Shown piece by piece: positions 49,938 to 59,712 of a DNA stretch of 64,000 bases. How positions within the stretch are numbered: position 1 is the stretch's first letter; every line of letters starts with the position of its first letter. A program made the translations under genes and the position numbers. A model generated the notes under the pieces. It saw only the letters and a list, made by a program, of their open reading frames with translations, had not been told where the DNA came from and searched no databases. The stretch lies in the NCBI GenBank assembly GCA_965232515.1, contig CBDDPY010000002.1:6688001-6752000 (forward strand). Direction: 5' to 3'. Origin of the DNA: Alphaproteobacteria bacterium (GTDB lineage Bacteria; Pseudomonadota; Alphaproteobacteria; GCA-2731375).

Positions 49938-51995
49938 ATGACCAGTCGTCTCTGTATCGATGTTGGCGGGACATTCACCGATCTGTTGCTGGTCGACGAC
50001 GACAGCGGTCGGCGGACGCATCTGAAGACGCCGACGACGCCGGGCGATCCGGCGGCGGGAATCCTGAGCGGTATCGAGCAGATCACGGTCGAGGCCGGCG
50101 TCGCCGCGGCGGAGATCGGCGCGGTGCTGCACGGGTCAGGCTTGGCCGTCGACGCGGTGCGGCGGAAGACGGGCGCCAGGGTCGGCCTGCTGGTGACGCA
50201 AGGCTTCGAGCATCTGCTGCACCTGGCGCGCGCGCGGACGCCGGCGCCCATGGGCGGCTGGACGACGATGAAAAAGTCGGCGCCGCTCGCCGACATCGAA
50301 TTCACGCACGGCGTGACTGAACGCATCAACGCGCGCGGCGACGTGGTGACGCCGCTCGACGAGGCCAAGGCGCGCGCCGCCGTGCGCGCGTTGTTGGACG
50401 CCGGCGCCGACTCAATCGTCGTCGCATTCCTGCACGCCCATGCCAACCCCGCGCACGAGCAGCGGGTCAAGGCCCTGGTGGCGGAAATGGCTGCCGATAT
50501 GCCGGTGGCGCTGTCGTCCGAGATGTCGTCGCGGCACGGCGAGTACGAGCGCACGCTGGTCGCGGTGATGAACGCCTATCTGCGGCCTGGCATGCAGCGC
50601 TACCTGGACGACATCGAGACGAAGCTGCGCGGCGCGGATGTGGCGGCGCCGATCAGCATGATCCGTCCGGACGGCGGGCGCATGGCCGCGATCTATGCGA
50701 CCGAGCGGCCGGCCCAGACCATGCTGTCGGGTCCCGCCGCCGCCGTGTCCGCCGCCGCCGCGGCAGCGGCGCAGGCCGGACACCAGAATGCGATCAGCTT
50801 CGACATGGGCGGCACGTCCACCGGTGTCGCGGTCATCCGCGACGGCGAAAGCCAGACTGGTTCGCACATGACGTTCGCCGACGATGCCGTTGCCGTACCG
50901 TCAATCGACATGCGCAAGATCGGCCGGGGCGGCGGGGCGGTCGCCCATGTCCCGGTGACGGGCGCCCTGCGGGTCGGGCCCGAGGGCGCCGGCGCCGTTC
51001 CCGGCCCGGCCTGTTATGGTCGGGGCGGCGACCGGCCGACGTTGACCGATGCCAACGCCGTTCTGGGCCGCCTGCCGGGAACGCTGCTCGGCGGCCGGAT
51101 GCCGCTCGACACCCGCGCCGCCGAGGAAGCGATGGGCAAGCTCGCCCGGACGCTCGGTCTCGACACCTATCAGACGGCCCTCGCCATCGTCGACGTCTGC
51201 AACGAGGATCTGGCGGGCGAGGTGCGGCTGGCCGCGGTGGCGCACGGGCTGGACACCGGCGATATGGCGATGGTCGCCGGCGGCGGCGCCGGACCGATGC
51301 ATGCCGTCGCACTGGCGCGGCTGATCGGCTGTTATCCGGTTATCGTGCCGCCGACGCCCGGCCTGCTGTCGGCATGCGGCTTTCTGAACGCCGACATTCG
51401 CCATGAATGCGGTCGCGCTGTCATGCGCCTTGTCGACGAGATCGACAGCGCCCGTTTCGGTGACGTGCTCGACCGGCTGGCGGCCGACGCCACCGCGCTG
51501 CTCGAGGCCGAGCAGGTGGAACCCGCGGCCCGGTCGCTGCGGTTCGAGGCGGACCTGCGATATCTCCGTCAAGGCAGCGAATTCACGTTCACCGTCGAGC
51601 CGGCCGGTCTGCGCAACGGCGGTCTTCAGGATCTCGCCACACGCTTCGCGGCGGCACACGAGCGGCGGCACGGCGTCAAGCTCGATCAACCGATCGAGCT
51701 GCTGGCGATCCGCGCCATTGGCCTAGGTCGGACGGCGCAGCCGTCTGATGCGACCGTCGAGGCGGGTGGACCTGACGCCTCGGCCGCCATTGTCGACCAG
51801 CGCCAGGTCTATTTCGATCAGGGGTTTGTCGCGACTGACATCTACGACCGGGCTTTGCTGCGCGCGGGCAACCGCCTGATCGGACCGGCGATCGTCGAGC
51901 AGGCGGACGCGACCACGGTCGTGCATCCGGGGCATGTCGCCGAGGTCGATGCGCACGGCAACATGCTCATCCGGCCCGAGGCCGTTCGGCACTAG
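49938..51995 (+). CDS. hyuA: hydantoinase/oxoprolinase subunit A (divergent motifs)
   Basis: IDVGGTFTD, DMGGTST, PGPACYGRGG..PTLTDAN, GPAIVEQADATT. Confidence 0.9.
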   Translation: MTSRLCIDVGGTFTDLLLVDDDSGRRTHLKTPTTPGDPAAGILSGIEQITVEAGVAAAEIGAVLHGSGLAVDAVRRKTGARVGLLVTQGFEHLLHLARARTPAPMGGWTTMKKSAPLADIEFTHGVTERINARGDVVTPLDEAKARAAVRALLDAGADSIVVAFLHAHANPAHEQRVKALVAEMAADMPVALSSEMSSRHGEYERTLVAVMNAYLRPGMQRYLDDIETKLRGADVAAPISMIRPDGGRMAAIYATERPAQTMLSGPAAAVSAAAAAAAQAGHQNAISFDMGGTSTGVAVIRDGESQTGSHMTFADDAVAVPSIDMRKIGRGGGAVAHVPVTGALRVGPEGAGAVPGPACYGRGGDRPTLTDANAVLGRLPGTLLGGRMPLDTRAAEEAMGKLARTLGLDTYQTALAIVDVCNEDLAGEVRLAAVAHGLDTGDMAMVAGGGAGPMHAVALARLIGCYPVIVPPTPGLLSACGFLNADIRHECGRAVMRLVDEIDSARFGDVLDRLAADATALLEAEQVEPAARSLRFEADLRYLRQGSEFTFTVEPAGLRNGGLQDLATRFAAAHERRHGVKLDQPIELLAIRAIGLGRTAQPSDATVEAGGPDASAAIVDQRQVYFDQGFVATDIYDRALLRAGNRLIGPAIVEQADATTVVHPGHVAEVDAHGNMLIRPEAVRH

Positions 51996-52008
51996 GGGCG
52001 CGGGCGCA

Positions 52009-54081
52009 ATGACAGAACAGAACACGCCCGCCCATCCGGTCTCGCTCGACGACCTGCTGCGGTCGAACAAGGATCAGTTCGACAAGGTCTTCGACACCCA
52101 GATGCGCCGCATCGACGTCGGCGGTACGACCTATACGCCGGCCGCCGAAGAGGCGCCGCCGCCCAAGGTGGTCGTTGCGGCCGAACAGGAAAGCGAAATG
52201 CCGTCGGCGTCGCCGTCCGGCCAGGAACCGGTGCTGGCGCTCGCCGCGCCGGAGACGCTCACGCGCGTCGAGGCCCGGCCGAGCGCGGACGTGGATCCGG
52301 AGCGCGCGCCGGACGCGATCTCGCTTGATCTGGTCGAGGGCGCGTTGCGGAACGCCCGGCGCGAGATGGACGCCGCTCTGCGGTGGCAGGCCATCTCGCC
52401 GGCGATCCGCGACCAGCATGACGCGTTTCCGACGCTTGCCGACGCCGAGGGCCGAATGCTCGCCGGTTCGTTCGGCGGCTTTCTGCGGGACATGTTGCAG
52501 CAGCAGATGCCGGATCTGCAGCCGGGCGACGTGATCCTGCAGAGCGACCCCTACCGCAGCGACGGCGCGGTTGGCCACGTGAACGACTGGCTGGTGCTGA
52601 TGCCGGTGTTCTACGGTGACGTGCCGGTCGGGTTCAGCGCCATGTGCGGCCACATGGTCGACGTCGGCGGGCCGGTGCCCGGCAGCCTGCCGACCTCGGC
52701 GACCTCGATCTTCGGCGAAGGCATCCGCATCCCGCCGATCAAGCTCTACGCGGGCGGTGAGCCGAACCGGGCCGTGCTCGACCTGTTATGGAATAACACC
52801 CGGACGCCCGACCTGAACTACGCCGATCTGATGGCGCTGGTTGCCGCCTGCCGGGTCGGCGAGCGGCGCCTGATCGAGATCTGCGACCGCTTCGGCGTGG
52901 CGCCTTTCCGGCGCGCCGGCGAGGCGCTGCGCGAACGCACGAAACGCACCCTGCGGCGCCTGATCGTCCAATATCTGCCCGAGGAACCGCAGTCGTTCGA
53001 GGACCATATCGACAGCGACGGACGGGGGAACGGGCCGTTCAAGATCAAGCTGACGGTCTGGCGCGAGGGCGAGCAGGCCTTCTTCGACTGGACCGGAACG
53101 GCCGCCCAGGCGCCGGGGCCGGTCAACTTCTATCTGCATGACGGTCTGTTTAAATCCGTCGTCGGCGCCTATTTGAGTCGGGCGGTCGATCCGCGTATCC
53201 AGCTCAACGATGCATTCTACGATCTGATCCACGTTACCCTGCCGAAGGGCTCGTTGCTGCGCCCGACATTTCCAGCAGCGCTTGGCGGACGCGCGCATGC
53301 CATGTCGCGGCAGTTCGACGTGCTGACGGGCGCCATGAGCCGCACCATGCCCCGCGAGGCGACGGCGGCCGGCTGCGGCTCCAGCCCGCAATTCCGCTTC
53401 GCCGGGATCGATCGCGACGGTCGACCCTTCCAGTTCGCGGATCACGTTTTCGGCGGCATTCCCGGCCGGCCCGTCGCCGACGGCATCGACGGCCATGCCT
53501 GGCAACCGATGGCCGAGACCGCGCCCGTCGAAACTCTCGAAAGCTGCTATCCTGTCATCGTCGAGCGTTGCGGCGCGGTGCCGGACTCCGGCGGGGTTGG
53601 ACAGCATCGCGGCGGCAACGGGGTGGAGAAGGTCTACCTGCTGCTCGAGACGGGGGAGGTGTCAATTCACGACGATCGCGAGCGCACGCAGCCCTGGGGT
53701 ATTGGGGGCGGCGGGCCGGGCGCCAGTTCGGCGAAGTGGATCGAGCGGAAGGACGGCGAGCGCGCGCCGCTGCCGTCGAAGATTGATCGTCTCAAGGTGC
53801 GCAACGGCGACCGCATTATCTTCCGCACCGCCGCCGGCGGCGGCTGGGGCGATCCGCTGGAGCGCGATCCGGTTCGGGTCCGTAAAGATGTGGTCCGCGG
53901 CCTCGCGACCGCCGAAGCGACGCGGGCGGCCTACGGCGTCGTGCTGACAGAGGACGGCCTTGAGATTGACATCGGCGCGACCGAGGAGTTGCGAGACGAA
54001 AAGCGCCGGAACCGGCGACCGACGTCGGCATTCGACTTCGGTGAGCGGCGGCGCGACAATGGCGACACGGATACGAGTTGA
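52009..54081 (+). CDS. hyuB: hydantoinase B/oxoprolinase subunit with ~100 aa N-terminal extension
   Basis: DPY..HVND, GHMVDVGGPVPGS, FGEGIRIPP, DSGGVGQHRGG, GGGWGDPLERD. Confidence 0.9.
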   Translation: MTEQNTPAHPVSLDDLLRSNKDQFDKVFDTQMRRIDVGGTTYTPAAEEAPPPKVVVAAEQESEMPSASPSGQEPVLALAAPETLTRVEARPSADVDPERAPDAISLDLVEGALRNARREMDAALRWQAISPAIRDQHDAFPTLADAEGRMLAGSFGGFLRDMLQQQMPDLQPGDVILQSDPYRSDGAVGHVNDWLVLMPVFYGDVPVGFSAMCGHMVDVGGPVPGSLPTSATSIFGEGIRIPPIKLYAGGEPNRAVLDLLWNNTRTPDLNYADLMALVAACRVGERRLIEICDRFGVAPFRRAGEALRERTKRTLRRLIVQYLPEEPQSFEDHIDSDGRGNGPFKIKLTVWREGEQAFFDWTGTAAQAPGPVNFYLHDGLFKSVVGAYLSRAVDPRIQLNDAFYDLIHVTLPKGSLLRPTFPAALGGRAHAMSRQFDVLTGAMSRTMPREATAAGCGSSPQFRFAGIDRDGRPFQFADHVFGGIPGRPVADGIDGHAWQPMAETAPVETLESCYPVIVERCGAVPDSGGVGQHRGGNGVEKVYLLLETGEVSIHDDRERTQPWGIGGGGPGASSAKWIERKDGERAPLPSKIDRLKVRNGDRIIFRTAAGGGWGDPLERDPVRVRKDVVRGLATAEATRAAYGVVLTEDGLEIDIGATEELRDEKRRNRRPTSAFDFGERRRDNGDTDTS

Positions 54082-54164
54082 GGACGACGGCCGATAATGG
54101 GCGTGCGTGAATTGCGTTTTCAAACGCGCGGCAGAGCAACGACAAAAAGACGGGTGCTGGGGAC

Positions 54165-56981
54165 ATGTACGAGATCGGAATATCACTGCTGATTGCGGCG
54201 ATCGTTGTTATCGCGATCGTCTACATCATCTCCATCTGGATCTATAAACGCGCGCCGGCCAACATGGGCTTCATTCGGACCGGCTTCCTCGGCACCAAAG
54301 TGTGTCTCGGCCGCGGCGCCATCGTGCTGCCGGTGTTCCATGAGGTCACCTGGATCTCGCTCGAGACCATCAAGCTGATCGTCAGCCGCTCGCGCGACCA
54401 GGCGATCCTGACCTCGGACAAGATCCGCGTCGATGTCGTCGCCGAGCTCTATGCCCATGTCGGCCATAGCGAGGACGCGCTGCTGACCGCCAGCCGCAGC
54501 CTGGGCGAGAAGACCTTCGATCCGGAAAAGGTCCGCAACCTGCTGGAAGCGAAGGTGGTGAGCGCGCTGCGCAGCTACGCGGCGACGAAGACGTTGACCG
54601 AGCTGCACGAGAACCGCGATGCCTTCGCGCAGGAGATCAAGGCGAATGTGCTGGAGAGCTTCAGCGCCAACGGTCTCATGCTCGAAGAGGTCACGATCGT
54701 GACCATGGAGCAGTCGTCGAAGGAATACTTCAAGACCGACAACGTGTTCGACGCCGAGGGCCTGAAGATCATCACCGAGATCACCTCGGACGCCCGCCGG
54801 CGCGTGCATGACACCGAGAAAAAGACCACGGTCGCTATCCGCCAGAAGGATCTGGACACGCAGCTCGAGCTGCTCGAGATCGAGCGGCAGGAGGCCTTCG
54901 CGCGCGCCGATCAGGACAAGTCTGTCGCCAACGAGCAGGCGCTGCAGCTCGGCCAGAAGCAGATCTACGTGCTGGACCAGCGCATGGCCGTCGAAGAAAA
55001 GGAGATCGAGAACGACAAGAACCTCGAACGGCTGCGCACGGAACGCGATGTCGCGGTCACCGAGGAGGCGAAGAAGCGCGAGATCGCCGAGATCCAGAAG
55101 GCCCTGGCGTTGGAGCAGGAGCGGCGCGACCGCGAGATCGCCATCATCGCCAAGGCCGAGCAGGAGGAGCTCGCCAATATCGGCCGCAATCTGTCGCTGG
55201 AGAAGGCCGAGAAGGATCGCGAAATCGAGCTGATCGGGAAGGCGAAGCAGGAGGAACTGGCCGAGATCCAGCGCGGGCTCGAGCGCGAGCGTGCCGAGAA
55301 GGACCGCGAGATCGAGCTGACTGAGAAGGAGCGCGAGCGGCAACAGGCCGAGATCCAGCGCGTCACCGCCGTGACCGAGGATGAAGAAGTCGCGCGCGAC
55401 AAGCGGCACCAGGTCGCCGAAGCGACAGCGCTCGCCATGCGCAAGCGCAGCCTCGAAACCAAGCTCGCCATGCTGAACATCGACAAGGACGAGGCCGTGG
55501 CGGCCGCCGTGCAGCAGCAGGAAGTCTCTCACGAGAAGGCCCGCGTGCTGAGCGAGCAGCAGCGTTTCGTGCTGGAGCAGCGCTGGCAGGTCGAGAAGGA
55601 GGAGATCGAGAAAGCGCTGGCGCTGGAGAAGGCGCAGATCAACAAGGAAGCCGCGATCCTCGAGGAGTCGAAAGTGCGCGAGGCGGCCGAGATCCGTCGC
55701 ACGCTCGCCCGCGAGCAGGAGGAGCGGGACCGCGAGATCGCGCTCGTGGCCAAGGCCGAGGAGCTGGAGCGCGCGGAGATCCGCCGGGCGCTGGCCCGCG
55801 AGCAGGAGGAGCGCGACAGCCAAGTGGCGCTGGTCGCCAAGGATGGCGAGGTCCGCCGGGCCGAGGTGCAGCAGACGCTGCAGGTCGAGATGGCCGAGCG
55901 CGACCGCGAGATTTCGCTGATCTCCAAGGAACAGGAGCGCGAAAAGGTGGATATCCAGCGCTTCCTGGCGCGCGAGGTCGAGGAGCGCAACCGCGAGATC
56001 GTGCTGGTCGACAAGACCCGCGAGCTGGAGGAGGTCGAGGCGAAGCGGCTGCAAACCACGGCCGAGAAGGAGCGGGCCGAGCATGCGGTCCAATCGGTGC
56101 GCCAGCGGGCCGATGCCGAGCTGTCGAAGGAGATCGATTTGATCTCGGCGGCGAAGCTGGCCGAGAGCCGGCGGATCGACGAGGAAAACAAGGCTCAGAT
56201 TACGCGCATGCACATGCTGACTCAGTCGGAGGCCCGCAAGGCCGCGGCGCAGCAGGAATCGGAGGCGACGCTGATTCGGGCGCGGGCCACCAGCGAGGCT
56301 CAGAAGATCACCGCCGACGGCATCGAGCGCGAGGCCGGCGCCAAGGGCCGCGCCGAAGCGGAGATCGAGGCGCTCAAGGCCGACAACGCCAAGCGCATGC
56401 TGGAGGCCGAGGCCAGCGGCATCGAGGCCAAGGCCGACGCCTTGAAGAAGTACAACGACGCCGCGACATTCCTGGAGCTCGCGAAGCTGCACATCGAGGC
56501 CGAGCGCGATATCCATATCGATCAGGCCAAGGCGATGGGCAACGCGTTGTCGGGCGCGCAGATCCGCATGTATGGCGGCGGCGACGGCACGGTCGACACC
56601 ATTCGCGGCATGTTCACCTCCGGCTTCGGCCTGGGCGAGGCGCTGGAAGGCGTGGCCCAGTCGTTGCCCGAGGGCATTCGCGAGCGCTTTGCCGAGAACG
56701 GCATCCGCGGCCTGTTCGGTCGTCCCGGCGGCAACGGCGAGTTCCGCCAGTCGGTCGCGCGGCTGGCCGAGCTGGTGCAGAGCAACATGCGCTCGCGCAA
56801 GGCGCGCGAGGTGCCGTTCAAGGACGCCATGGCGACGCTGCAGGCGCAGGTCGGCGACGACGCGGCGGCGGGCCGCGCGCTGACGGTGTTGAACGAGCTC
56901 AACGCCAACGGCACCTTCGACGAGGTGCCGTTCGAGAGCGTCTGGTCGCTTCTGCAGGCGACGATGAAGGCGGCGGATTGA
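54165..56981 (+). CDS. very long flotillin/SPFH-family protein (938 aa)
   Basis: N-terminal TM; YKRAPANMGFIRTG..GRGAIVLPVFH, ALRSYAA, NGLMLEEVTI, NVFDAEGL; long E/A/R/K helical region; AKAMGNALSGAQIRMYG. Confidence 0.9.
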   Translation: MYEIGISLLIAAIVVIAIVYIISIWIYKRAPANMGFIRTGFLGTKVCLGRGAIVLPVFHEVTWISLETIKLIVSRSRDQAILTSDKIRVDVVAELYAHVGHSEDALLTASRSLGEKTFDPEKVRNLLEAKVVSALRSYAATKTLTELHENRDAFAQEIKANVLESFSANGLMLEEVTIVTMEQSSKEYFKTDNVFDAEGLKIITEITSDARRRVHDTEKKTTVAIRQKDLDTQLELLEIERQEAFARADQDKSVANEQALQLGQKQIYVLDQRMAVEEKEIENDKNLERLRTERDVAVTEEAKKREIAEIQKALALEQERRDREIAIIAKAEQEELANIGRNLSLEKAEKDREIELIGKAKQEELAEIQRGLERERAEKDREIELTEKERERQQAEIQRVTAVTEDEEVARDKRHQVAEATALAMRKRSLETKLAMLNIDKDEAVAAAVQQQEVSHEKARVLSEQQRFVLEQRWQVEKEEIEKALALEKAQINKEAAILEESKVREAAEIRRTLAREQEERDREIALVAKAEELERAEIRRALAREQEERDSQVALVAKDGEVRRAEVQQTLQVEMAERDREISLISKEQEREKVDIQRFLAREVEERNREIVLVDKTRELEEVEAKRLQTTAEKERAEHAVQSVRQRADAELSKEIDLISAAKLAESRRIDEENKAQITRMHMLTQSEARKAAAQQESEATLIRARATSEAQKITADGIEREAGAKGRAEAEIEALKADNAKRMLEAEASGIEAKADALKKYNDAATFLELAKLHIEAERDIHIDQAKAMGNALSGAQIRMYGGGDGTVDTIRGMFTSGFGLGEALEGVAQSLPEGIRERFAENGIRGLFGRPGGNGEFRQSVARLAELVQSNMRSRKAREVPFKDAMATLQAQVGDDAAAGRALTVLNELNANGTFDEVPFESVWSLLQATMKAAD
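55128..56048 (+). repeat. 87-bp (29-aa) coding repeats in two arrays inside the flotillin
   Basis: D/N-REI-type units start at 55128, 55215, 55302 and at 55728, 55815, 55902, 55989; spacing is exactly 87 nt within each array. Confidence 0.85.
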
Positions 56982-56997
56982 GCGCGTAACCGGGCCG

Positions 56998-58080
56998 ATG
57001 CCGCAGTACGACGTCATCCTGGAGCATGTCGACAAGACCTTCGACGGTGACGTCCGAGCGGTGATCGACTTCAACGCTGAGATCGAGCAGGGCGAGTTCG
57101 TCGCCATGCTCGGTCCCAGCGGCTGCGGCAAGACCACGACACTGCGCATGATCGGCGGCCTGGAGGAGGTGACGGCCGGCAAGATTTTCATCGCCGGCCA
57201 GGACGTGACCGATCTGCCGCCGTCGCATCGCGACACGGCGATGATGTTTCAGAGCTTCGCGCTGTTCCCGCACCGCACCGTGTTCCAGAACGTCGAGTTC
57301 AGCTTGAAGATGAAAGGCATCGCGCCGGACGAGCGGGCGCGTCATGTCTGGGAAATGTTGGAGATGGTCGGCCTCGCCGATTTCTCCAGTCGGCGTCCGA
57401 GCGACCTCAGCGGCGGTCAGCAGCAACGCGTGGCCTTGGCCCGCGCGCTGATCAGCCGGCCGACGGTGCTCTTGCTGGACGAGCCGCTGGGCGCGCTCGA
57501 CTACAACCTGCGTCAGACCATGATGGTCGAGCTGAAGAAGATCCAGCGCGAGACCGGCATCACCTTCATCATGGTCACGCACTCGCAGCAGGAAGCCATG
57601 TCGATGGCCGACAAGGTCATCGTCATGAGCGACTCCGTGATCCAGCAGATCGGCACCTCGCGTGAAATCCATGAGTATCCGCGCACCAAATTCGTCGCCG
57701 AGTTCATTGGCAACAACAACCTGTTCCCCGGCGTGATCAAGTCGCGGAGCGGCTCGATCATCTTCGTCGAGTTCAACGACCATCTGCTCTATGTGAAAGC
57801 GCCCGAGGAATTGCGCGATGTCGAGGTGGGCCGGGAGATCTATTTCTCCGTCCGCGCCGACCTCATGCATGCCGGCGACCACCCCGACATGGCGAACCGG
57901 ATCGAGGGCAGCTACGTCACCACAGAGTTCATGGGCACGCTGGAAACGGATGTCTTCGAGGTCGCGCCCGGCATCTACGTGCATGTCGAGCAGCACCGCA
58001 AGGTAACCGACCATGTCTACAGCATGGGCGACCGCGAAACGATCTGCTGGGCGGCCGAGGCCGGCGTCATTCTGGAATAA
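56998..58080 (+). CDS. PotA-like ABC transporter ATPase
   Basis: GPSGCGKTT, LSGGQQQRVALARAL, LLLDEPL, VTHSQ. Confidence 0.94.
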   Translation: MPQYDVILEHVDKTFDGDVRAVIDFNAEIEQGEFVAMLGPSGCGKTTTLRMIGGLEEVTAGKIFIAGQDVTDLPPSHRDTAMMFQSFALFPHRTVFQNVEFSLKMKGIAPDERARHVWEMLEMVGLADFSSRRPSDLSGGQQQRVALARALISRPTVLLLDEPLGALDYNLRQTMMVELKKIQRETGITFIMVTHSQQEAMSMADKVIVMSDSVIQQIGTSREIHEYPRTKFVAEFIGNNNLFPGVIKSRSGSIIFVEFNDHLLYVKAPEELRDVEVGREIYFSVRADLMHAGDHPDMANRIEGSYVTTEFMGTLETDVFEVAPGIYVHVEQHRKVTDHVYSMGDRETICWAAEAGVILE

Positions 58081-58124
58081 CCGCCGGCTGCCCATTGGTA
58101 TCTCCAAAATCGGGTGAGTAAGGC

Positions 58125-59591
58125 ATGACCAAGGGAGAAGGCGAGCGCGCCTTGCGGGTGGCGGTGATCGGCGCCGGCATGTCGGGCATTCTCGCCGCCA
58201 TCAAGCTGCGCGAGGCCGGCATCACCGACATCGCGATCTACGAGAAGGCAGACCGTCTGGGCGGCACGTGGCGCGACAACACCTATCCCGGCCTGTCCTG
58301 CGACGTGCCCTCCCACCTCTACACCTATTCTTTCGAGCCGAACCCGGACTGGAGCCATCGCTTTTCGCCCGGGGCCGAGATCCAGGCCTATTTCGAGAAG
58401 GTCGCGGCGAAATACGACGTCGAGCCGCTGATCGCCTACAACGCCGAGGTCACGCGCGCCGCGTTCGAGGACGGCAAGTGGCGGCTTGAGATCAAGGACG
58501 GGCGGACCGATTTGGTCGACATCGTGTTGACCGCGACCGGCGTGCTGCACCACCCGGTCTACCCAACGATCGACGGTCTCACCAGCTTTGCCGGCGCCTG
58601 TTTCCACAGCGCGCGTTGGGACCACGGCGTGCCGCTCGCGGGCAAACGGGTCGGCATCATCGGCACCGGCTCGACCGGCGTTCAGATCCTGCCCGCCATC
58701 GTCGACGAGGTCGCCTCGATCAGCCTGTTCCAGCGCACCGCGCAATGGATCCTGCCGCTGCCGAATCCCGCGCACAGCGAAGAGGAGAAGGCGGCGTTCC
58801 GGGCATCGCCCGAGCTGCTGCGGGCGACCTACCTCGATCTGGCGGAGCGGTTCCAGAACACCTTCGCCCGCGCCGTGGTCGGCGATTCCGCGCAGATGCA
58901 GCGCATCGCGGATGCCTGCCAGGCGAACCTTGACGACAATGTCGCCGATCCCGAGCTGCGGCAAAAGTTGACGCCGGACTATCAGGTCGCCTGCAAACGC
59001 CTGATCATGTCGGATCAGTTCTATCCCGCGATCCAGAAACCGAACGCCCATCTAGTGACCGAGGCGATCACCCGCATCGAGCCCGAGGGCGTGCGCGCCG
59101 CCGATGGGCAACTGCACGAGCTGGACGTGCTGGTGCTGGCGACCGGCTTCGACGGCCACCGCTTCATGCGGCCGATGCAAATCGTCGGCCGCGACGGCCG
59201 GACCTTGGAAGACGCCTGGGCCGCCGCGAACGAGGCCTATCGCTCGGTCGCTGTGCCCGGCTTCCCGAACTTCTTCACGATGGTCGGTCCGAACAGCCCG
59301 ATCGGCAATTTCTCGCTGATCATGATCTCCGAGATGCAGCTCGCCTACATCATGCAGCTCATCGAGCTGGTCCGGACGGGCGAATGCCGGGAGGTCGCGC
59401 CGACCGCGGCCGCGACTGTGCGCTTCAACGCTGCCATCAAGGAGGCCATGAAAGGCACGGTCTGGGTTACCGGCTGCCGCAGCTGGTATCTCGACAAGAA
59501 CGGCAATCCGGCGATGTGGCCCTGGACCTTCGAGCGCTTTGAGGCCGAGATGGCCAAGCCCGACCTCAGCGAATTCGAGCTCGTCGCCTGA
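58125..59591 (+). CDS. Baeyer-Villiger/flavin-containing monooxygenase
   Basis: GAGMSG, GGTWRDNTYPG, FAGACFHSARWD fingerprint, GTGSTG, ATGF. Confidence 0.93.
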   Translation: MTKGEGERALRVAVIGAGMSGILAAIKLREAGITDIAIYEKADRLGGTWRDNTYPGLSCDVPSHLYTYSFEPNPDWSHRFSPGAEIQAYFEKVAAKYDVEPLIAYNAEVTRAAFEDGKWRLEIKDGRTDLVDIVLTATGVLHHPVYPTIDGLTSFAGACFHSARWDHGVPLAGKRVGIIGTGSTGVQILPAIVDEVASISLFQRTAQWILPLPNPAHSEEEKAAFRASPELLRATYLDLAERFQNTFARAVVGDSAQMQRIADACQANLDDNVADPELRQKLTPDYQVACKRLIMSDQFYPAIQKPNAHLVTEAITRIEPEGVRAADGQLHELDVLVLATGFDGHRFMRPMQIVGRDGRTLEDAWAAANEAYRSVAVPGFPNFFTMVGPNSPIGNFSLIMISEMQLAYIMQLIELVRTGECREVAPTAAATVRFNAAIKEAMKGTVWVTGCRSWYLDKNGNPAMWPWTFERFEAEMAKPDLSEFELVA

Positions 59592-59596
59592 GTTCC

Positions 59597-59682
59597 TGGA
59601 TGCCCGGATCAAGTCCGGGCATGACGTTGCGGTGATGCGATCGGACCAAATTCGTCATTACCGGGCTTGACCCGGTAATCCA
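59597..59682. repeat. inverted pair of REP-like palindromes between convergent genes
   Basis: TGGATGCCCGGATCAAGTCCGGGCATGAC (59597-59625) and GTCATTACCGGGCTTGACCCGGTAATCCA (59654-59682); each is internally palindromic and the two are mutually inverted. Confidence 0.8.
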
Positions 59683-59712
59683 GTCAGCGGTCCATGCGGA
59701 TTGGAAGCTGCG

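Noticed and set aside
55128-56048. Regular 87-bp periodicity as a CRISPR or non-coding array
   Set aside because: Degenerate in-frame protein repeats with no unique spacers and no cas genes.
45500-56981. Encapsulin or BMC locus
   Set aside because: No encapsulin or BMC shell gene and no LxIGSL-type cargo peptide seen in the window.
54183-57236. 1017-aa antisense ORF (likewise 36072-38825, 1776-3203, 19021-20553 and 62999-63802)
   Set aside because: Shadow frames of real genes in GC-rich DNA; no recognisable motifs.
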